A DNA stretch of 34,165 nucleotides from a virus (IMGVR_UViG_3300031811_000003:1-34165); one strand, 5' to 3'. Positions 7,345-17,211 are shown, counted from the stretch's first letter. Made by a program: numbers and translations. Notes: generated from the sequence alone by a model not told the origin.

Positions 7345-8661
7345 TTATGGGCAGTCTGTATCGTCTTGCCATTCTGGATCACCACTAGTATCGTGGCCAA
7401 TAGACTGGTCGTTTGAAGCTCCCCAGCCGTCAAGAAGTTTCAGCCATCCGACAATCGTATCCCATTCAGGTTTAGCTTCTCCTCCAGAAACCTTCCAGCC
7501 TAGGAGGTTGTTTTCTACACTGTCGAAGTTAGGTAAACCACGCAAAACCCACACGCTATTGTATTCACTGACTGGATACCAGAGACCGTCATTGCGATTG
7601 AAATCAAGTTCTATGTTTTGATTATCTACCGCGTCGAGTCGAGGAGTGCAAGTAAAAGTTAATGGTGAAGTTGTTGGAACCAATCCTTTAACTTCTGTTA
7701 TTCCGTCCACCGTATGGGTCGCATCGGATCCTGTAACATCTCCAACAATATCCCCTCTGATACGGTCATGGATCAAAACGGGTGCTTTGAGTTCGTACCT
7801 ATCGTTTACTAGGTCGTAACCTACCTCCCAGATTTCATCTTCAAACGCATCAACTCCCGCATTCTTGTGGATATCGAGGTTGTAGGCACCTGACGCTTGC
7901 TTAGGTTGTCGTGATCCGTGAGCATTACCCAGGACCATTGACGCTGGAGTGATGTCTGCCTTATAGCCCAATCCCAGCACGTCTTCAATAATCTTGACAA
8001 TAAGTACTTCGGCCAACTGCTCCATCCAAATAATATGCGCTCCAGATTTACCTGAGTCTGCGTAGTCATCAGTAAACTTGAGAGCGTACCCGTTGAAGCC
8101 GTCAACCGTTCCTCCGGTAGCTTGAGTGTATGTGGCATATCCTCTCCACATTGCTTCGGTATCAACGACCTTGATTAGTTGTTGAGGGGAAACAGCAGCC
8201 CCTGCATCGTCAACCACTTCAGCATCCCCCGATGTTGCTGCTAACGTAAGGTCTGCGGTAAGCCGGAAGCGGTAAATGTGCTGGGTAGGGTCTACTGCGG
8301 TTTGCAAACACAAGAACGGGGGATCAGCGTCAGGGTCATCGTGCCGAATACAAGTGACCAATTCGTTTTCTTCAGACTCGAACCCTTGTGCATTTTCCAC
8401 GCTTACTGTTTCGGTCGTGCTTGTGTCGTCATCTCGCGGGTCAGAACCTGTGATAACTTGCACGTTATCAATGAGGAAATCATCACCAGTAACGGCTGCT
8501 GTCGTCTGCCCTTGTATCACCGTAGTGCGAGGACTTTTCCCAGGTGGACGACGAAACGGTACTGGCCTAGCAGTTTTGCCGGGTCCGCCGCCTCTCCACC
8601 ATCTGACGACTGATTCGAGAGTCTGCTTGTCGCCTGGCGAAAGGTAGTAGCCGTCAGCCAT
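7345..8661 (-). CDS. Putative tail tip/fibre-associated structural protein
   Basis: Acidic, Gly/Thr-rich ORF downstream of the tape measure gene; ATG 8661 coupled by TAATG. Confidence 0.65.
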   Translation of the reverse strand: MADGYYLSPGDKQTLESVVRWWRGGGPGKTARPVPFRRPPGKSPRTTVIQGQTTAAVTGDDFLIDNVQVITGSDPRDDDTSTTETVSVENAQGFESEENELVTCIRHDDPDADPPFLCLQTAVDPTQHIYRFRLTADLTLAATSGDAEVVDDAGAAVSPQQLIKVVDTEAMWRGYATYTQATGGTVDGFNGYALKFTDDYADSGKSGAHIIWMEQLAEVLIVKIIEDVLGLGYKADITPASMVLGNAHGSRQPKQASGAYNLDIHKNAGVDAFEDEIWEVGYDLVNDRYELKAPVLIHDRIRGDIVGDVTGSDATHTVDGITEVKGLVPTTSPLTFTCTPRLDAVDNQNIELDFNRNDGLWYPVSEYNSVWVLRGLPNFDSVENNLLGWKVSGGEAKPEWDTIVGWLKLLDGWGASNDQSIGHDTSGDPEWQDDTDCP

Positions 8662-9074
8662 TACGTTGGAACCACCACGCCAGAGTTGTCGATTTTCAGT
8701 TCGAGCGTATCTGCGGCGGTGCAAATCCCAAGCGTAGAACTGTATTCGCCGCTCGTTAGGTCAGCTATGGGCATTATTTTTCCAGCCGTATCGGAAAGCA
8801 CAAGAGTAGCAGCAACAGTCAAGGTCACGCCAAGATCGATGCCGCCGCTAGTTGCCATCACCGCATACCCATCGGCTGCGGCAGGCGTAAGGAAAACACC
8901 AGCGACAACAGCAGTGGCCTCAGCGCTGGCGTCTGCTAGCTTGTATTTTGATGTAGCCGTGTCTAGGTACCCTACCTCTCCTTGCTCCACGGCTTCACCG
9001 ACTTGCACGATTCGCACTTTTGCGGTGGAACCAGAAACCCCAACATTCGCAGCAGTTATCGACAAATCCGCCAT
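8661..9074 (-). CDS. Small virion protein, capsid cement/decoration (DUF2190-like) pattern
   Basis: GEAVEQGEVGYLD..YKLADA..GVFLTPAAADG pattern. Confidence 0.55.
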   Translation of the reverse strand: MADLSITAANVGVSGSTAKVRIVQVGEAVEQGEVGYLDTATSKYKLADASAEATAVVAGVFLTPAAADGYAVMATSGGIDLGVTLTVAATLVLSDTAGKIMPIADLTSGEYSSTLGICTAADTLELKIDNSGVVVPT

Positions 9075-9077
9075 TCG

Positions 9078-9998
9078 TCACCCCAGTAAAGTTGCGTAAG
9101 ATTTTTCTTCAAGGTATCGCCAAGTTATCGTAGTCGACTCGTCGCCGCCTTTGCCGCCCGCTAGAGTCAAGTTCAGCGGCTCAGTCGTCGGGTCGTTCTT
9201 TTCACCGACAGGAATCGGTTCTAGCTTGGTTTTGTCAGTGTCCCAGTACTGCATACCAACGTTGTTTAAGACCAAGTCTGTTGTTTTCATGACTTCCACT
9301 CTGGTGACGCCCGGCCAAAATTCTATTTCGTTCTCTACCTGTTTTCCCTGCGACTCAGTTACCAGGAATTTCAGAGTTCTGACACCGAAGTCTAGAATCG
9401 CATCGCTATTGGTTGATTCTAGGTAGCTCTCATTCTGGTCTACGATATTTTTTAGCCGTGAGTAGTTCCGCTCGACCACTAAAACCGGGTGCCTTGTTGT
9501 GTGCATTCGCGGCTCGTCTGGTGGAACCCCTGCCGCGTTCAGTATTTTGCCTTCCGTGTCGGCTGGACGGTTTGCGCCATCAGCTCCAGCGTGTGATAGC
9601 GCCTGTACGTTTCTGGCTTTCTCTATTTTGCGCTCGGTGTCTATGTATTCGACGTTGTACTTGGCAGGTCGTAGCAGTGGGTTCTCGCTTTGCTGTTGTT
9701 CGTCCTCGCCTTTGTCTGGCGGTGAATACGTGACCGCCCAAAGTATTGCCTCTCTGGACGCACTTTCAAACGTCGGGCTGATCGTCCTTGCGAATATGTT
9801 CGATGCACCCGTATAAAGAGCGGACCGAGGAGGAACTGGATTTGGCCCAGTCTGCTGCGCAGTCATAAGCGCTGCATATATATTGCTTTGAACTGAGTCG
9901 TAAATACATCGATAAACTTCTGTGACTGTGTCCTGATAATTGTCAGTCAGGTTCGCACTTATCCGCTCGGGAACCAATACGCAAGAAGGTGTCGCCAT
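9078..9998 (-). CDS. Putative distal tail/hub protein
   Basis: Immediately follows the tape measure gene (TAATG coupling); assignment is by position only. Confidence 0.55.
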   Translation of the reverse strand: MATPSCVLVPERISANLTDNYQDTVTEVYRCIYDSVQSNIYAALMTAQQTGPNPVPPRSALYTGASNIFARTISPTFESASREAILWAVTYSPPDKGEDEQQQSENPLLRPAKYNVEYIDTERKIEKARNVQALSHAGADGANRPADTEGKILNAAGVPPDEPRMHTTRHPVLVVERNYSRLKNIVDQNESYLESTNSDAILDFGVRTLKFLVTESQGKQVENEIEFWPGVTRVEVMKTTDLVLNNVGMQYWDTDKTKLEPIPVGEKNDPTTEPLNLTLAGGKGGDESTTITWRYLEEKSYATLLG

Positions 9999-11425
9999 TA
10001 CAGATTCGCCCCTGCTAATGTGACCGGGTTCGCTGGTATCTTGTCGCGTATCTCCGTTAGCAAGCCATCGCGTTTTTTGTTGGCGTCGTTCTGGCGTCGT
10101 ATCCTGGCGCTCTGGCGGTGCCCCTCAGCGGTTCCTGCCTCTGCGAATGATAGTCCTGAAACAGCCTGCGCCTTTCCTGGTAGCTTACCGCCAGACCTAA
10201 ACTGGCCAAGAAGAGACTGCATTAAGAGCTGGTTCACGGGATCATTGGCTATAGCGCCTACGCCAGCACGAACTCCACCAGCAACCCTGTCAGTAGCCGC
10301 ACCCGCTGCGCCTGTCACCGACTCTCTTAGCCGTGCAAATAATGATGGACCTGTCATTTCTTTCTCTTGTCTTTTTAGATAGGGATCAAACATACTAGAA
10401 AGATTTGGCGCTAGGGCAGCTTTTTCAAAGGCTGCACGAGAGTCAACAGTTGAAGAGAAAGAGGACAGGCGTTGTGATTCATTAGCAAAACCAAAACCTA
10501 ACGCGCTTCCTGCCGTGCTGTTCCTGAATTGGAACATCAGCGTCTTAATATCCAGTATCAACTTGAGGAAACCGATACGCATGAGCTGCATCGTATCAAC
10601 AACGAACTTAGCCATCTTGACAATAGCTTCCCCGATACCCTTTCCAATACTTCCGGCAGCGCCACCCTGAGAAAGTAGCTTGGTTAGATTGACACTCATC
10701 GCCTCGATGATGGGAGCAATCTCAATCGCAATAGAAGTAAATATCCCTTGAAGTGCGGACTTGAAACGTCCCCACGCATCGATTGCGCGCTCAACGCCCC
10801 TAGCTGACTCCCTGCTGACAGCAAGTCCCAAGTCCCTAGCGGCTTGCGCGGTTTCATCTAGTCCAGACTTACCTAGCTTGAGAGTGTTGACTAGAGCCAC
10901 CCCCTCGGAGTCGAAAAGTTTCATGGACAGGCGTACCCTGTCGCTCTGGTTTTTTACTTTTCCCATCGCCTTAGCAATGGCATGAAATTGCTGATCGGGC
11001 GATAGCCTATTGAGTGCCGTTGCGCTCAGGCCCAATTCCTTAAGCGCCGACTTAGCTTCCCCCGTACCCTGAGCGGCCTCAGCAACCCTGCGCACCATTC
11101 GCTGCAAAGCCATGTCAAGTGTGTTAGCAGCCACACCCGTCTCGGTGGCCGCAAGGCGCAGCCCGGCGAGTGCTTCTGTCGTTATGCCAAGTTTATCCGC
11201 CGTCTTGGCTAACGAGTCGATAGCCGTGAATGCGCTCTTGGTGAAGGTGGTGAGTGCTACTGCGCTTAGTGCTACCCCGAGGCCAGCCGCAGCTATAGTC
11301 ACTCTTTTTAGCGACTTAACGAAATTGGCTATCATGGCTCTGGCTTTCTTGAGCCCCTTGCGTAGTTTTTTGGTGCCGACCTGCACACCAAACGAAATCA
11401 TTCCTATGTTTTTCTTAGCCATCAC
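9998..11425 (-). CDS. Tail tape measure protein
   Basis: Ala/Gly-rich helical sequence with IDSLAKTADKLGITTEAL and MKLFDSEGVALVN; follows the tail chaperones. Confidence 0.88.
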   Translation of the reverse strand: MMAKKNIGMISFGVQVGTKKLRKGLKKARAMIANFVKSLKRVTIAAAGLGVALSAVALTTFTKSAFTAIDSLAKTADKLGITTEALAGLRLAATETGVAANTLDMALQRMVRRVAEAAQGTGEAKSALKELGLSATALNRLSPDQQFHAIAKAMGKVKNQSDRVRLSMKLFDSEGVALVNTLKLGKSGLDETAQAARDLGLAVSRESARGVERAIDAWGRFKSALQGIFTSIAIEIAPIIEAMSVNLTKLLSQGGAAGSIGKGIGEAIVKMAKFVVDTMQLMRIGFLKLILDIKTLMFQFRNSTAGSALGFGFANESQRLSSFSSTVDSRAAFEKAALAPNLSSMFDPYLKRQEKEMTGPSLFARLRESVTGAAGAATDRVAGGVRAGVGAIANDPVNQLLMQSLLGQFRSGGKLPGKAQAVSGLSFAEAGTAEGHRQSARIRRQNDANKKRDGLLTEIRDKIPANPVTLAGANL

Positions 11426-11772
11426 ACACCGAACCCTTCTATCCTTGCCGCCGCTGCCAATTTGGCGTCTAACTCTTCCGTGTCCTGCTTATCTTTTGCG
11501 CCGGGTATAAAGTCGTCGATCTCGTAAAACTCTACCTCACCGCCGCCCTTGGCGAACCCTGCCGACACTGCTCGGATCTCGTTGCAAATTGCCGCGATAG
11601 CCGCACTAGTTTGACGCCAGCTTTCCCCAAATGGCTCGGCTTCGTAGTAGCGTTGCCAGCCTCGAAGCTGACCGGCTGGCGCACTCTCTAGCATCGCATC
11701 GACATTATAAAACCCTAGCCGCTCCGCTACTCTGTAGGCGAATCGTCGGCCAGGGTTTCCGGCAGGTTTTTT
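11422..11772 (-). CDS. Tail assembly chaperone, T portion (reached by -1 frameshift)
   Basis: -1 frame reading ..KKPAGNPGRRFAYRVAERLG..W..YYEAEPFG, typical of gpT; no convincing start of its own. Confidence 0.78.
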   Translation of the reverse strand, partial: KKPAGNPGRRFAYRVAERLGFYNVDAMLESAPAGQLRGWQRYYEAEPFGESWRQTSAAIAAICNEIRAVSAGFAKGGGEVEFYEIDDFIPGAKDKQDTEELDAKLAAAARIEGFGV

Positions 11773-12122
11773 TCTGGTTCCTCGTCTATCTTGCAGTGCC
11801 CTAGACATTCCGCCGCTAGTGCGCTTATGAAACCGGAATCCATTTGTTGTAGAGCGTAGAAATCCTCGCCAGAAAACAGTGGATCTCCCTCGCCATCGAC
11901 CACAACTAACATGATAATTCTCACGTTGGCCGTTTCGATAACGCCCCGGTTCAGCTCGCCTTGTAAGTTTAGTTTTTGTGAGTCGTGCCTGGATGCCTCC
12001 TTGTCATTCAGGGTCCGTAGACGAAAGCTCTGGCCGGATATCGTTACATCCGTGTATCGCCTTTTTGGCGGGCTGCTAAATAGCTCGTCCCTCGTCACAT
12101 ATCCATTACCTTCACTAGACAT
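11727..12122 (-). CDS. Tail assembly chaperone gpG-like
   Basis: Lies between the tail tube and tape measure genes; VVDGEGDPLFS motif; ATG 12122 with SD GGAGAG. Confidence 0.8.
   Translation of the reverse strand: MSSEGNGYVTRDELFSSPPKRRYTDVTISGQSFRLRTLNDKEASRHDSQKLNLQGELNRGVIETANVRIIMLVVVDGEGDPLFSGEDFYALQQMDSGFISALAAECLGHCKIDEEPEKNLPETLADDSPTE
11766..11772 (-). other. Programmed -1 frameshift slippery site A AAA AAC
   Basis: The G frame reads GAA AAA AAC, an X XXY YYZ heptamer; the -1 frame is open to 11422. Confidence 0.8.
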
Positions 12123-12507
12123 TAAACACACTCTCCGTAGGTGGTGGTTCTGGGCTATCGAAAAACTCACCATCTGCCATCAGAACGACAGACTTATTTC
12201 TCTTCAGCTCGCCCTTGAGGTAGGCTTCTATCAGTCGGGGGTCTGGAAGTACTGATATACCTTTCGTGTCAATCGAGCATCCTCCAGACTTTAGCCGCAA
12301 CCGCTCTATCTCTTTTCGCAGTGGCTCGCGCAGATCCTTTTTCAAGTGTTTGCGCAGTAAAACTCTGGCTCCGTCCTGTCGCCCCACCAGACCAATCTTT
12401 TCTCGCTTGCCGTTTCGCTCGGCAAAGATGAAGTCTATAGGGACCGTTTGCCAAACGCCCTTACACATGCCAGCCATATGCTCTATCGAGAATGTTATAC
12501 CGTGCAT
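12115..12507 (-). CDS. Hypothetical protein in the tail operon
   Basis: Starts immediately after the tail tube stop. Confidence 0.6.
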   Translation of the reverse strand: MHGITFSIEHMAGMCKGVWQTVPIDFIFAERNGKREKIGLVGRQDGARVLLRKHLKKDLREPLRKEIERLRLKSGGCSIDTKGISVLPDPRLIEAYLKGELKRNKSVVLMADGEFFDSPEPPPTESVFNV

Positions 12508-12939
12508 CTATTCCGTGATGGTCGGCCAGGCGTCCCACTGTGTTGTCAACGTGCAAGCAATTATTGCGTCGGTGGTTAGGTCTTCTAGAGACCAGCCGGT
12601 GACATGCCCGTCGCCAGAGATCGTAGAAGCCCCTGCGTTGTCTAGTAGTATAGTCATTGCCTCTGAAGCTGAAGCCGCATTGGAATCGAACAGTAAATCG
12701 TCAATCGAGTTTGCTTCTCCAGTGTTTAAGGTGTCGGGGTCAAGCAGGTACGAATGCGTATTTGGACCTATTTCATACAGGTCGCCGCCTATCTTTGTCC
12801 TCGCGCCAGTTGTTGCCAGCCCAGAAGTGTCTAGACTCTCTCGCGTGGCTTCAAATCCGCCAATGGTAGTAATCGCCGGCAAGAAAGTTGTGGTTACACC
12901 GAAAGTAAACGTAGAGCTGTGTCCTGATTGAATCGCCAT
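12508..12939 (-). CDS. Major tail tube protein
   Basis: TRESLDTSGL..RTKIGGDL..G loop pattern; SD AGGAGGA; follows the tail terminator gene. Confidence 0.78.
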   Translation of the reverse strand: MAIQSGHSSTFTFGVTTTFLPAITTIGGFEATRESLDTSGLATTGARTKIGGDLYEIGPNTHSYLLDPDTLNTGEANSIDDLLFDSNAASASEAMTILLDNAGASTISGDGHVTGWSLEDLTTDAIIACTLTTQWDAWPTITE

Positions 12940-12963
12940 GTTGTCCTCCTGAGTGTCGTTAAG

Positions 12964-13380
12964 TTACTGCGTAGGTACAGCTTGCGGGTAATACAAAGCG
13001 AAGTCGGCCCGGTACCTATGAGTCCATACGTCGGATTCATTTTCTGGCGGTTCATCCATCGTCCCTTCGCTTACTATTCGCGTGCCCTGAATCTCAGAGT
13101 CACCGGCCAGGCCCGAATAGCCTGACAGGACATTTCTCACGGCTTGAAACATTTCCTCTGCCTTCGCTGGTGTCTCGGCGTAGCTGTCTACTTGGACTAT
13201 TTTTTCTGAAAGTCCTGATTCGTTCCCTATCGAATAAGTGCGTGTCGTGCTTATTTCGCGCAGAATGATCCTCGCGCCCTTGTGGTTGCGTGGGCTCTTG
13301 CCTGGCCAGATGCCACCTGGCGAGGCGTCACGCACCGCTGTGAAGCCTGACAAGTACGAACGAAGGTCACGTTCAATCAT
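12964..13380 (-). CDS. Tail terminator/completion protein (DUF3168-like)
   Basis: VQVDSYAET..AEEM..AVRNVLSGY pattern; synteny. Confidence 0.8.
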   Translation of the reverse strand: MIERDLRSYLSGFTAVRDASPGGIWPGKSPRNHKGARIILREISTTRTYSIGNESGLSEKIVQVDSYAETPAKAEEMFQAVRNVLSGYSGLAGDSEIQGTRIVSEGTMDEPPENESDVWTHRYRADFALYYPQAVPTQ

Positions 13381-13796
13381 TACTTCACCGCCATCTCGGC
13401 AAGCGTATCTAGGATGTCTTTTTCTACCAGCTTTCGTATCTTCCCTTCATTGCCGTAACCAGCCGGTCGAAGGAACGGGTCAGCTTTCATTGTTTTTGTG
13501 CCCAGCTCGATAAATGATCCGTAGAATTCATCACCCTTGTAGTAACCGTCACGCGTCATAACTACCGCTCCGATTCTATTCTTTGATCGCATCGCCCTGA
13601 CAACTATCGAGTCTTCAAGCTGTCCGGAATCTACTGGTACTCGGTTCTTAGCCTCTGGTAGGATAATTTCCTTGGTGGCCTTTCTCATCGATGACTTGGC
13701 TACTTTGTTTTGAACCTTCGTCTCTAGTTTTTTCAAGCGCCGATCAATATCTGCAAAGCCCGTGACAACAACGCCTGTGCCTGCCTTTATTGGCAT
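13380..13796 (-). CDS. HK97 gp10-like neck protein
   Basis: AKNRVPVDSGQLEDSI and FYGSFIELGTKTMKADPFLRPA. Confidence 0.88.
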   Translation of the reverse strand: MPIKAGTGVVVTGFADIDRRLKKLETKVQNKVAKSSMRKATKEIILPEAKNRVPVDSGQLEDSIVVRAMRSKNRIGAVVMTRDGYYKGDEFYGSFIELGTKTMKADPFLRPAGYGNEGKIRKLVEKDILDTLAEMAVK

Positions 13797-14125
13797 TACG
13801 CACCGCCCTCTACTAGTTGCCAAACCAACCAGCGGTTCTGTTCGTCCTTATTCACCACACTCTTCACGTTGAAAATCCTGGTTCCGTTTCTCAATCTCAA
13901 GCTAGAGTCTGCACCTTCAAAGAATTCACAGTGCGCTAAGTGTGTTATTTCGGCTTCCATTTGTCCGGCTCTTTCGTACTCGCGGCCACCTCGGGTGCTG
14001 ATAGCGAACCACCTTTTCGGCGGGTCCATTTCGTCCCACTGATCTAGCGGACCATCGCCAAAGCCATCATCTACTACCGTGAGCTTCTCAACCGAAAGTA
14101 AACTCCTATTTCTTCGCGGGTTCAT
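13796..14125 (-). CDS. Head closure protein (SPP1 gp16-like)
   Basis: DDGFG..W, GGREY, RIFNVKSVVNKDE; ATGA coupling. Confidence 0.85.
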   Translation of the reverse strand: MNPRRNRSLLSVEKLTVVDDGFGDGPLDQWDEMDPPKRWFAISTRGGREYERAGQMEAEITHLAHCEFFEGADSSLRLRNGTRIFNVKSVVNKDEQNRWLVWQLVEGGA

Positions 14126-14700
14126 GGGTACGATCCCCACCGCATACTTGAGGTCAAATCACTCGCAATTTGCGACCAGCGATCCATTTCCAAGGGAGAA
14201 AGGTCACCGAATTGAACTGTGATCCTCGATAGAATTGCGTCCCTTGCGAGTTCTGGAACATCATCAACAGTTGCATAGCCCGCTGTGTAGCGGATCTTAA
14301 TTGCATCCGACCTGACCTTGGTTGCTGGCCAAGTAAAGGATGAATCAAACTCTATCCGCGATGGTCCCTCTTCGCCAACTATCAACCTATACTCGCTCGA
14401 CGACAACGTTTGCTCTGCGTCAGACGAGTCTTGATACTTGATCGAAGTAATACCGGCGACTGGCTGCCAGGGTAGGACGGACTTAACTACCGACCAACTA
14501 GGGTATGCAGTCTCTTTGGTTACCAGTCCACGTAATACGCGGTCTGAAGCACGCTCGCACCAGACAGTACAAGTTTTAATTAACCGCGTAAGCTCTGTGT
14601 CTAGGTCGTTGTGTGAGAGCCTCAAATGGCTCTTGACCTGAGCCAGGGAAATCGTGTCGTAGCTCGAATCGGTGACTGTCGTAGTGCTGGAGGATACCAC
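14122..14700 (-). CDS. Head-tail connector (gp6-like)
   Basis: ISLAQVKSHLRL..D..L and IRYTAGY..VPE motifs. Confidence 0.88.
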   Translation of the reverse strand: MVSSSTTTVTDSSYDTISLAQVKSHLRLSHNDLDTELTRLIKTCTVWCERASDRVLRGLVTKETAYPSWSVVKSVLPWQPVAGITSIKYQDSSDAEQTLSSSEYRLIVGEEGPSRIEFDSSFTWPATKVRSDAIKIRYTAGYATVDDVPELARDAILSRITVQFGDLSPLEMDRWSQIASDLTSSMRWGSYP

Positions 14701-14701
14701 T

Positions 14702-14920
14702 CTAACCGTCCTTCTCTGCTTGGTCCAATGTTCTTCGTTTCCTGTATGTTCTCTTGGGCTTTTCTATTTTCGGTTCGCCAGATTTATTACTGACCGATCC
14801 TGTTGACACGTGGCCAGTCTTCTCTAGCTCACCGACTCGTTGCTCGGTCAACTGTGCTTTGTCGCCTGCTGCATAACCGCGCCAGGCTTTCTTGAATTGA
14901 ACTTCTATCGTATTTGGCAT
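14702..14920 (-). CDS. Small capsid-adjacent protein
   Basis: V.FKKAWRGYAAGD..L...G domain with a basic tail, typical after HK97 capsid genes. Confidence 0.65.
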   Translation of the reverse strand: MPNTIEVQFKKAWRGYAAGDKAQLTEQRVGELEKTGHVSTGSVSNKSGEPKIEKPKRTYRKRRTLDQAEKDG

Positions 14921-14936
14921 TGGGCATTCTCTGGGT

Positions 14937-14973
14937 AAAGAAAACCCAAGAGCGGAGATTCTCCGCTCTTGGG
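14937..14973 (-). terminator. Intrinsic terminator after the major capsid gene
   Basis: 13-bp perfect stem CCCAAGAGCGGAG-AAT-CTCCGCTCTTGGG followed by TTTTCTTT on the minus strand. Confidence 0.9.
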
Positions 14974-14994
14974 CGTCGTGTTTAGTCAGCGAGA

Positions 14995-16359
14995 CTAACT
15001 CGCAGCAGTAACAAGACCGACGTAAGCGCCTGCGTCAGAACCATCTCCGCCCGCGTGGACGTTGATGTCATATCTAGAAGCGCCAAGAATCCCGAGATTG
15101 CGTTCCTCGAAATACCTATGCTCCGAAGTCATGACAGACAGCGACTCTCGGTCACCAATTATCACTCCATCAGAAAACGTCCCAAACAGACATGAAGTTG
15201 TAGAAACTGCCGTTGCTGTCGGCATGTTGTCTGTCAGTGCAACTGGGTATCCCATGAACGAAGGGCCAGAACCGCCGCCCTCCAGAGCTGCTATGGTGTT
15301 CCCGCCACCAGCGGCCAACAGGCGAAGTATCACAGTGTGATAAAACGCATTGCTGCAAACCCAAGTAGGATTAGAACCATGCTGCGACGGCAAGATTGCC
15401 ATCGTGTCGTGGAAGTCCTGAAGGTCTAGTTCCGGCCAAGTGTCGGTTCCAGTAGCAGCCGTATTCTTCCCCGCAGCGCCAAGCGCAGACAGTAAACCTG
15501 TCTCTCCTCCGTAAGTGCCGCTTGAATCGCCATTTATAGCCTCATTATCTTCTTGGTACGCGAAAGAATAACCCATACGAGATATCACGTTATCAACAAA
15601 ATTTATCAAGCTGTCTGCCGCCAGCGGGTTGCTGACTTTTGTCAGAATAGCTCTCTCAACAGCCACTAACGAGATTTGCGCCCATACCTGATCTGTAGCA
15701 GTGGCTGCCGTCGCTTCTCCAGGGTACTGCACAGTCGGACCGCTGGTCATCTTTGGCACGTTCAACGTGTCGGATGACATTTGCATAACGGTGCAAAGTG
15801 GACGAATAACCGAAGCGGCATTTCTAAATTCCACAAAGGTGGAACTCACGATATCGGGAACCGTGAATCCTCCGTCGGTATTGGTCCCTTCAGTGGCTGC
15901 TTGGAATCCCCAACCGCGCCTTGCGATAACTGCCTCAGCCTGTGGATCTGTACTACCCTTAGCTCTGGTGAGCATGGCACGGAACCACATCCCCGCATCG
16001 TAAGCGTCCTGAGGGTCCTTGAATGCCTTTAGCGATCCGTGGTTCGGGATTACTCGCGCTTGCGTTTGCCCGTTTTGATGCCTGTCATTTTCGAACGGGT
16101 CACGCGGGTTGCTCAGCGCTTTGGCTAGTGCCAGTTCTTTCTTCTTGTCCTCTACCCTATCAGCAGAATCTAGCTCTGCTTGCTTGTCGGCAACTAGACC
16201 TTCGTCCGACATGAGTTCGTCCCACCTGGATTGCTGAAGTTCGTCAAGCCCGGTTTCACTCTCTTCACCAATAGCATTGATCGCCTCGCCCTCATGAACC
16301 AATTCGGCCAATTCTGCGCGAATTTCACTAGAAGGACGCCACTTCGTATTGATTGTCAC
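14995..16359 (-). CDS. Major capsid protein, HK97 fold
   Basis: N-terminal coiled-coil delta domain, GGFTVP, AINGD, FMGYPV, LFGTFS; SD AGGAGA before GTG. Confidence 0.93.
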   Translation of the reverse strand: MTINTKWRPSSEIRAELAELVHEGEAINAIGEESETGLDELQQSRWDELMSDEGLVADKQAELDSADRVEDKKKELALAKALSNPRDPFENDRHQNGQTQARVIPNHGSLKAFKDPQDAYDAGMWFRAMLTRAKGSTDPQAEAVIARRGWGFQAATEGTNTDGGFTVPDIVSSTFVEFRNAASVIRPLCTVMQMSSDTLNVPKMTSGPTVQYPGEATAATATDQVWAQISLVAVERAILTKVSNPLAADSLINFVDNVISRMGYSFAYQEDNEAINGDSSGTYGGETGLLSALGAAGKNTAATGTDTWPELDLQDFHDTMAILPSQHGSNPTWVCSNAFYHTVILRLLAAGGGNTIAALEGGGSGPSFMGYPVALTDNMPTATAVSTTSCLFGTFSDGVIIGDRESLSVMTSEHRYFEERNLGILGASRYDINVHAGGDGSDAGAYVGLVTAAS

Positions 16360-16542
16360 GGTTATTCTCCTGTTAGTCAGGCCGATGCCGTGTGCCGAGA
16401 AACGAAAACGGCACAGTTGTCGGCGCTATTTTAGCGCTAGAAAACTGTGCCGGTCAGTGTGGGCGGCTGAAGTTCCCTGTCTTTTCCGCGACCTGAGTCT
16501 ATGGGCCAGCACCGCAGAAGAGATTGAGTTTGTATATCTTCA

Positions 16543-17211
16543 TTAGAGCCTTGCCGCGCGTCGCGTCAAGTCTATTTTCCGTTGCATCGCACGCGAAGAT
16601 AAACCGTTTCTAGTCCATTTGCCTACCGGGTTTCTCAATCCTAAGTGCTTAGCGTATTTTGCGGGTACGTTTTTATATCCGAACTCTCTAGGAACCTTGT
16701 AGTCTTTGGCTTCTGATGCAGAAACTGTGTCGGCCAATCCAAGCGCTAGCGATTCCTCAGCCGTCAACCAAGTCTCGGCACGCATCAGAGCCCTGAAATG
16801 GTCTGGCGTTTCTTGCCCACGCGAGGCGTACATCTCGGCAAGATTCCTGCCGATTCCCCCAAGTGCCGACGCTTGTGCGATGTGGTCTTTTTCGTCTCCA
16901 ACAGTGGCTCCCCAGGGCTCATGAATCATAATCATAGCACCGTCTGCCATCTCCACAGTGTCGGCGGCCATTTGAATTATAGTGCTGGCCGAAGCAGACA
17001 AACCGTCGACAATCGCCTTCACCGTCCCCTCGTATCTGTCGAGTAGGGACTTGATCGCTACCGCCTCGAAAACGTCCCCGCCTGGACTGTTTAGCCGCAC
17101 GGTCAAGTCGCCTTCAATTTCGCTCAAGTGATCGCGGACGGATTCTGCCGTTATTCCGCTTTCTTCCCACCCTTGCCCGATCACGTCGTAGATCCAAAGT
17201 TCATTTTCCAT
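16543..17211 (-). CDS. ClpP-type prohead maturation protease
   Basis: LNSPGGDVF, GLSASAST, MIHEPW, ETWLTAEE..GLAD; SD GGAGAG before ATG 17211. Confidence 0.93.
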   Translation of the reverse strand: MENELWIYDVIGQGWEESGITAESVRDHLSEIEGDLTVRLNSPGGDVFEAVAIKSLLDRYEGTVKAIVDGLSASASTIIQMAADTVEMADGAMIMIHEPWGATVGDEKDHIAQASALGGIGRNLAEMYASRGQETPDHFRALMRAETWLTAEESLALGLADTVSASEAKDYKVPREFGYKNVPAKYAKHLGLRNPVGKWTRNGLSSRAMQRKIDLTRRAARL

